64,000 bases of DNA from Gekko japonicus (lineage: Eukaryota). A model generated the notes under the pieces. It had not been told where the DNA came from. It did not search any database and was given only the letters and a program-made list of their open reading frames with translations. Both the position numbers and the translations under genes were made by a program. Shown here one piece after another: positions 59,791-64,000 of this stretch (position 1 is its first letter; every line of letters starts with the position of its first letter). The stretch is taken from contig NW_015171584.1 in the NCBI RefSeq assembly GCF_001447785.1, positions 152,051-216,050 on the forward strand, in the 5' to 3' direction.

Positions 59791-60569
59791 ATGAATACCT
59801 CTGTTTTATTGTACACAAGTGGTACTCTGCTTGGAATGTAGAATTACATCAGTTTTCTAGTGTTTGTTGTTGTTGCTGTTTTTAAAGTAGTACAGTTTTC
59901 AAAGATTCATTCCATATATGGGAACCAATCAACTCTTCTGCTGGTGAAACAAGGAGGAAGGGTCCATGACCCCCAACAATTACAGCTGATTTATGGTGAC
60001 TCCATTGTGTTTTCAAGGCAAGAAAGGAACAGAGGTTTTGACATTGCTTGCCTCTGTGAAGCAATCCTGGACTTCCTTGATGGTCTATTTAAGTGTTAAC
60101 CAAGGCCAGCCCACCTTAACATCTGAGATCTGATGAGATCAAGCAAGCCCGGGCCATCCAGGTCAGGCCCATGAACTATGAAAAATTGGCATATTTCCAA
60201 TTCCATCCACGTGATCCTTTTCCATTCAGTGTTATTGGAAGAAGTGTGAAAAGAATGTATGGTGTTTTGATTCCCGCAATCAAGCTAAAAACATCATTGT
60301 CAGGATTTATTTCCAGCTGCAAAAGTACCCTTAAATAGTGTACAGGTGTGAAATGACTGAGAACTTTTGGATTCTTGGTACTGAACCTGTGTTGAGAAAG
60401 AATGTAAGCTACAAATGTAATAAAATATGAAATAAAAAAAAACAAGACAGATTAAATACAAATATTTTAGCAATTTGCAAATATTTTTAATTCATATTAA
60501 GTGATATTTTTATTGGTTTTTAACTATTTGTATGCCTTATCTTCAACAATATGACTGTTACTTTAACCT

Positions 60570-61613
60570 TTAAGATTCAGTGTAACGATCTTTCTTAATC
60601 TTATGGTCAGATTCAAATTCAAATGTACTAGTACGGTCGAAGACCAGCATAAATAAATGAACTCTCAGTCTTATGTAATTTTTACATTTTCTTGTAGTTC
60701 TCTTCAAGGCCTTCTTTACTTCTTTGTTTCTCAGGCTATATATGAGGGGGTTGATCAGAGGTGTCTGGATAGTGTAAAAAAACAGAGAGGATTTTGTTCA
60801 GCTGTCTGAGTTCCTTGGTATCTGGCAACAAATACACAATGATGAGGGTACCATAGAAAATGGTCACCACAGTGAGGTGAGAAGAGCAAGTAGAGAATGC
60901 CTTTTGCCTGCCTGTGGTAGATGGGATTCCCAGAATGGCAGAAATGATATATACATATGATGTTATAGTTAAAACAAATGGGGGCAAGGTACAGAGGGCA
61001 GACAGGGTAGCTGATAAAAGTTCTACCTGATGTGAGTTATTGCAGGTTGGTTTCATCATGGGAGTGAAATCACAAAAGAAATGCTTAATCACATTGTCAC
61101 CACAGAAGGTTAACTGCAGTATGAACATCAACAGGATGGTATTCACCCCAAAACTGCTAATCCTAGACCCAGCCACAAGCTGCAGACAAATGTTGACGTT
61201 CATTAGAGCAGAATAATGCAGGGGTCTACAAATGGCTACATAGCGATCATAAGACATAGCAGCCAGGAGGTAGCATTCTGTTGCTGCCAAGAAACCAAAA
61301 GCCCCAAACTGCACCATGCAACCAACAACAGGAACACTTTGGTTCTCAGTTAAGAAACTGGCCAGCATTCTGGGGAGGATGGTTGAGGAGTAACAAGTTT
61401 CCAAACAGGACAGGTTGCTCAGGAAGAAGTACATGGGAGTGTGAAGGTTTTCATCAGCTACGACTAGGTCAAGAATGAGAAGATTCCCAGTCATAGTCAT
61501 TAGATCACTAAAAACATCACAAAGAGAAGGATATGCATCTCCTGACGTTCTCCAAATCCAAGAAGAATGAATTCTGTGAAGACCGTTTCATTTCTCAGCC
61601 CTAGTTTTTGCAT
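60570..61613 (-). pseudogene. Olfactory receptor pseudogene (OR-G), two frameshifts
   Basis: Starts MQKLGLRNET at 61613. There is a ~4-nt deletion at ~61500 (LVI*/MTMTGN) and a +1 in an A7 run at ~60776-60782 before YT..TP..NP. The conserved TM4 SW is SR. Confidence 0.9.
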
Positions 61614-62622
61614 GGTTAGACCTAGTGGAAAAATTAAAAATATGCAGTCAGTATTGATATTAACATCTAGCTCCATTGGTCCATATGTAGACATTTTCTA
61701 AACTTGCATTGCTTTCCCCCCATAATGTGCAGCACAGCCTTTTTTGGTAGTCAGACAGACTCCTCCTTCCAACAGAAAAGTTGGTTGACCCAAATCATTG
61801 CATTAAAGTGGTTTAATCAAGCTTCATTCTGTAGTGGATTATGCTCTTATCTACAACACATTCAAATTTTCACTGAATTCTGGTGAAAGTTATGTAAGAT
61901 TACCAAATGAGTATACATAGTCTTCTCACTAAAGATTCTGTTTATGTCTCTCTGTCACTAAACAGCTTAAATATTTTGATTTTTTTTCAAATGTTATGCT
62001 AAAGTGTAATCTATGCTTCCCCCCCACCCTCCCATTAAGTATTTACACAGATTGTGAATCAAGGGTGTAGACTTTCCAATTCCCCGGGGGGGGGGGTCTG
62101 GGGCTGGGCCAGAGGCATTGCTGTGCTAGGTCCTTAAAAGAACCAAGGCCCAGTGACATCATAGGGAGGAGCCAGTGACGCCACAGGCCATTGTCACTAT
62201 TTATGGAGGCAGAGCCATGTGGGATTTAGGAAGGGGTTCTCCAGATATTTAGGGGGACCTGGAAACCCTTGAGAACCCCCCTAGCCAGGCCAAAGGCTCA
62301 GAAACAAAGCATGGCATGGGCAAAATCCTCTACATAAAACCCTGGAGAACCACTGCCAGTCTGAGTAGACAATGATGACACTGATGTACTAATGGAAGAG
62401 AAATCATGCTTTGTGTGCTAAAGGATAAAGGTTTAAACCGAGAAGGTCTAAGAAAACAGTCATTGGAAAGGATCTGTCTCTGTCTGAATCTCTAGAGATC
62501 ACCTGCATCAGAGCAGACCATGCTGAAGTAGATGGACCAATGGCATGAAGACCAGTGTGGATTGAGGAGACCCATGTTCAGATCTACATTTTGCATGACA
62601 CTTACTTGGTGATACTGGGACA

Positions 62623-62706
62623 GTTAGATTTGAATCCAATAGCAGATTAGAGACCAATAAGAGTTTCAGGGAATACGTTTCCAAGAGTCAAAGCTCCCTT
62701 CATCAG
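62623..62706 (-). mobile_element. Penelope-like terminal repeat fragment with hammerhead-like core
   Basis: Minus strand CTGATGA-AGGGAGCTTTGACTCTT-GGAAA...; homologous to the 44066-44263 arms. Confidence 0.55.
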
Positions 62707-63464
62707 GCTGGGTGATATTGCCATTGTCGTGAGGTCAATATAAGGGAAGGGAGACTGGAGGAAGGGTGGGATAAAGAGGGGATTGACAGACAACATGTGA
62801 GCAGCAGAGTCCGTTGGGATGGAAGAGGAATTTACAGGGGGGAAATAGCACCAACTGATGTGACTAAGAAAACAGATCTTCCCAAACTAAAGCATCATAA
62901 ATTATAGCATGAACATGAACCTATATTGTGATGCATTAAGTGATGTAGCAGTGGAGACAAAACCTTTAGTGGTATTTAGTTGAACTTCCTGGACAGGCAA
63001 AGGGTTGCCACTGGCCAAACTGCTCTGACTTTAGAGAGTTGGGACAAGCAGCAAGGCTGGAGGAAGGGGATGTAGATCCATGGTTATAGAAAAGAAGGAG
63101 TCTAGGACCTGAGAAAGCAAAGCGGTCCAAATGAAGCACGACATAGAAAGCTGTACATAGTTGAGAGGAATTAGAAAGGAATGGAGATGCACAGTTGGTG
63201 TGAAGTACATTTTAGAAATTATAGAAACAGCATAGAAGTTTCTTAGGTGGGGTTAGCTACAATGCTATTGCAAGGTCTGTGTGATACAATAGGGGAGGCA
63301 GTCCACAGAAACCTGTATTACATTTTCAGACTCTCTCTCTCTCATATACTTTAATCTCATATACCCTTCCTATAACAATTCCTCATCAGAGGCATCCTAC
63401 TTAGATCTATCCAAGGGGGCCTACTCCCAGGGAAGTGTCCTCAGGATTGGACTATAAAGAGCTC

Positions 63465-63986
63465 NNNNNNNNNNNNNNNNNNNNNNNNNNNNNNNNNNNN
63501 NNNNNNNNNNNNNNNNNNNNNNNNNNNNNNNNNNNNNNNNNNNNNNNNNNNNNNNNNNNNNNNNNNNNNNNNNNNNNNNNNNNNNNNNNNNNNNNNNNNN
63601 NNNNNNNNNNNNNNNNNNNNNNNNNNNNNNNNNNNNNNNNNNNNNNNNNNNNNNNNNNNNNNNNNNNNNNNNNNNNNNNNNNNNNNNNNNNNNNNNNNNN
63701 NNNNNNNNNNNNNNNNNNNNNNNNNNNNNNNNNNNNNNNNNNNNNNNNNNNNNNNNNNNNNNNNNNNNNNNNNNNNNNNNNNNNNNNNNNNNNNNNNNNN
63801 NNNNNNNNNNNNNNNNNNNNNNNNNNNNNNNNNNNNNNNNNNNNNNNNNNNNNNNNNNNNNNNNNNNNNNNNNNNNNNNNNNNNNNNNNNNNNNNNNNNN
63901 NNNNNNNNNNNNNNNNNNNNNNNNNNNNNNNNNNNNNNNNNNNNNNNNNNNNNNNNNNNNNNNNNNNNNNNNNNNNNNNNNNNNNN
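63465..63986. other. Assembly gap
   Basis: N run. Confidence 1.
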
Positions 63987-64000
63987 TGCCAGTGGTTTGC

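Overview
Vertebrate genomic DNA, most likely from a squamate and probably a gecko (inferred from its SINE repertoire). The window holds a tandem cluster of seven class II olfactory receptor (OR) loci, all on the minus strand and spaced about 6-13 kb apart. Five have intact single-exon CDSs (5925-6881, 14305-15282, 29134-30120, 42254-43312, 54461-55414). Two are pseudogenes: 21888-23195 is split by a 313-bp hAT MITE with an 8-bp TSD, and 60570-61613 has two frameshifts. Intergenic DNA is a mosaic of tRNA-derived SINEs, L2/CR1/RTE-X-like/L1-like LINE pieces, hAT and PIF/Harbinger-like MITEs, a solo LTR and Penelope-derived hammerhead-like repeats. There is also a ~4-5 kb segmental duplication and four assembly gaps. 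I found no new protein-coding system. The best leads are: (1) three divergent copies of an apparently chimeric SINE (Sauria-like tRNA head, CpG-rich body, L2-type tail); (2) a Harbinger-like MITE family with a covarying internal hairpin; (3) a hAT MITE carrying an octamer/ETS motif cassette; (4) a 20-bp motif conserved upstream of the OR subclade with an atypical ECL2; and (5) a 150-bp inverted repeat inside a predicted OR 5'-UTR intron. Repeat family names come from recalled sequence features, not database searches, and most repeat boundaries are approximate.
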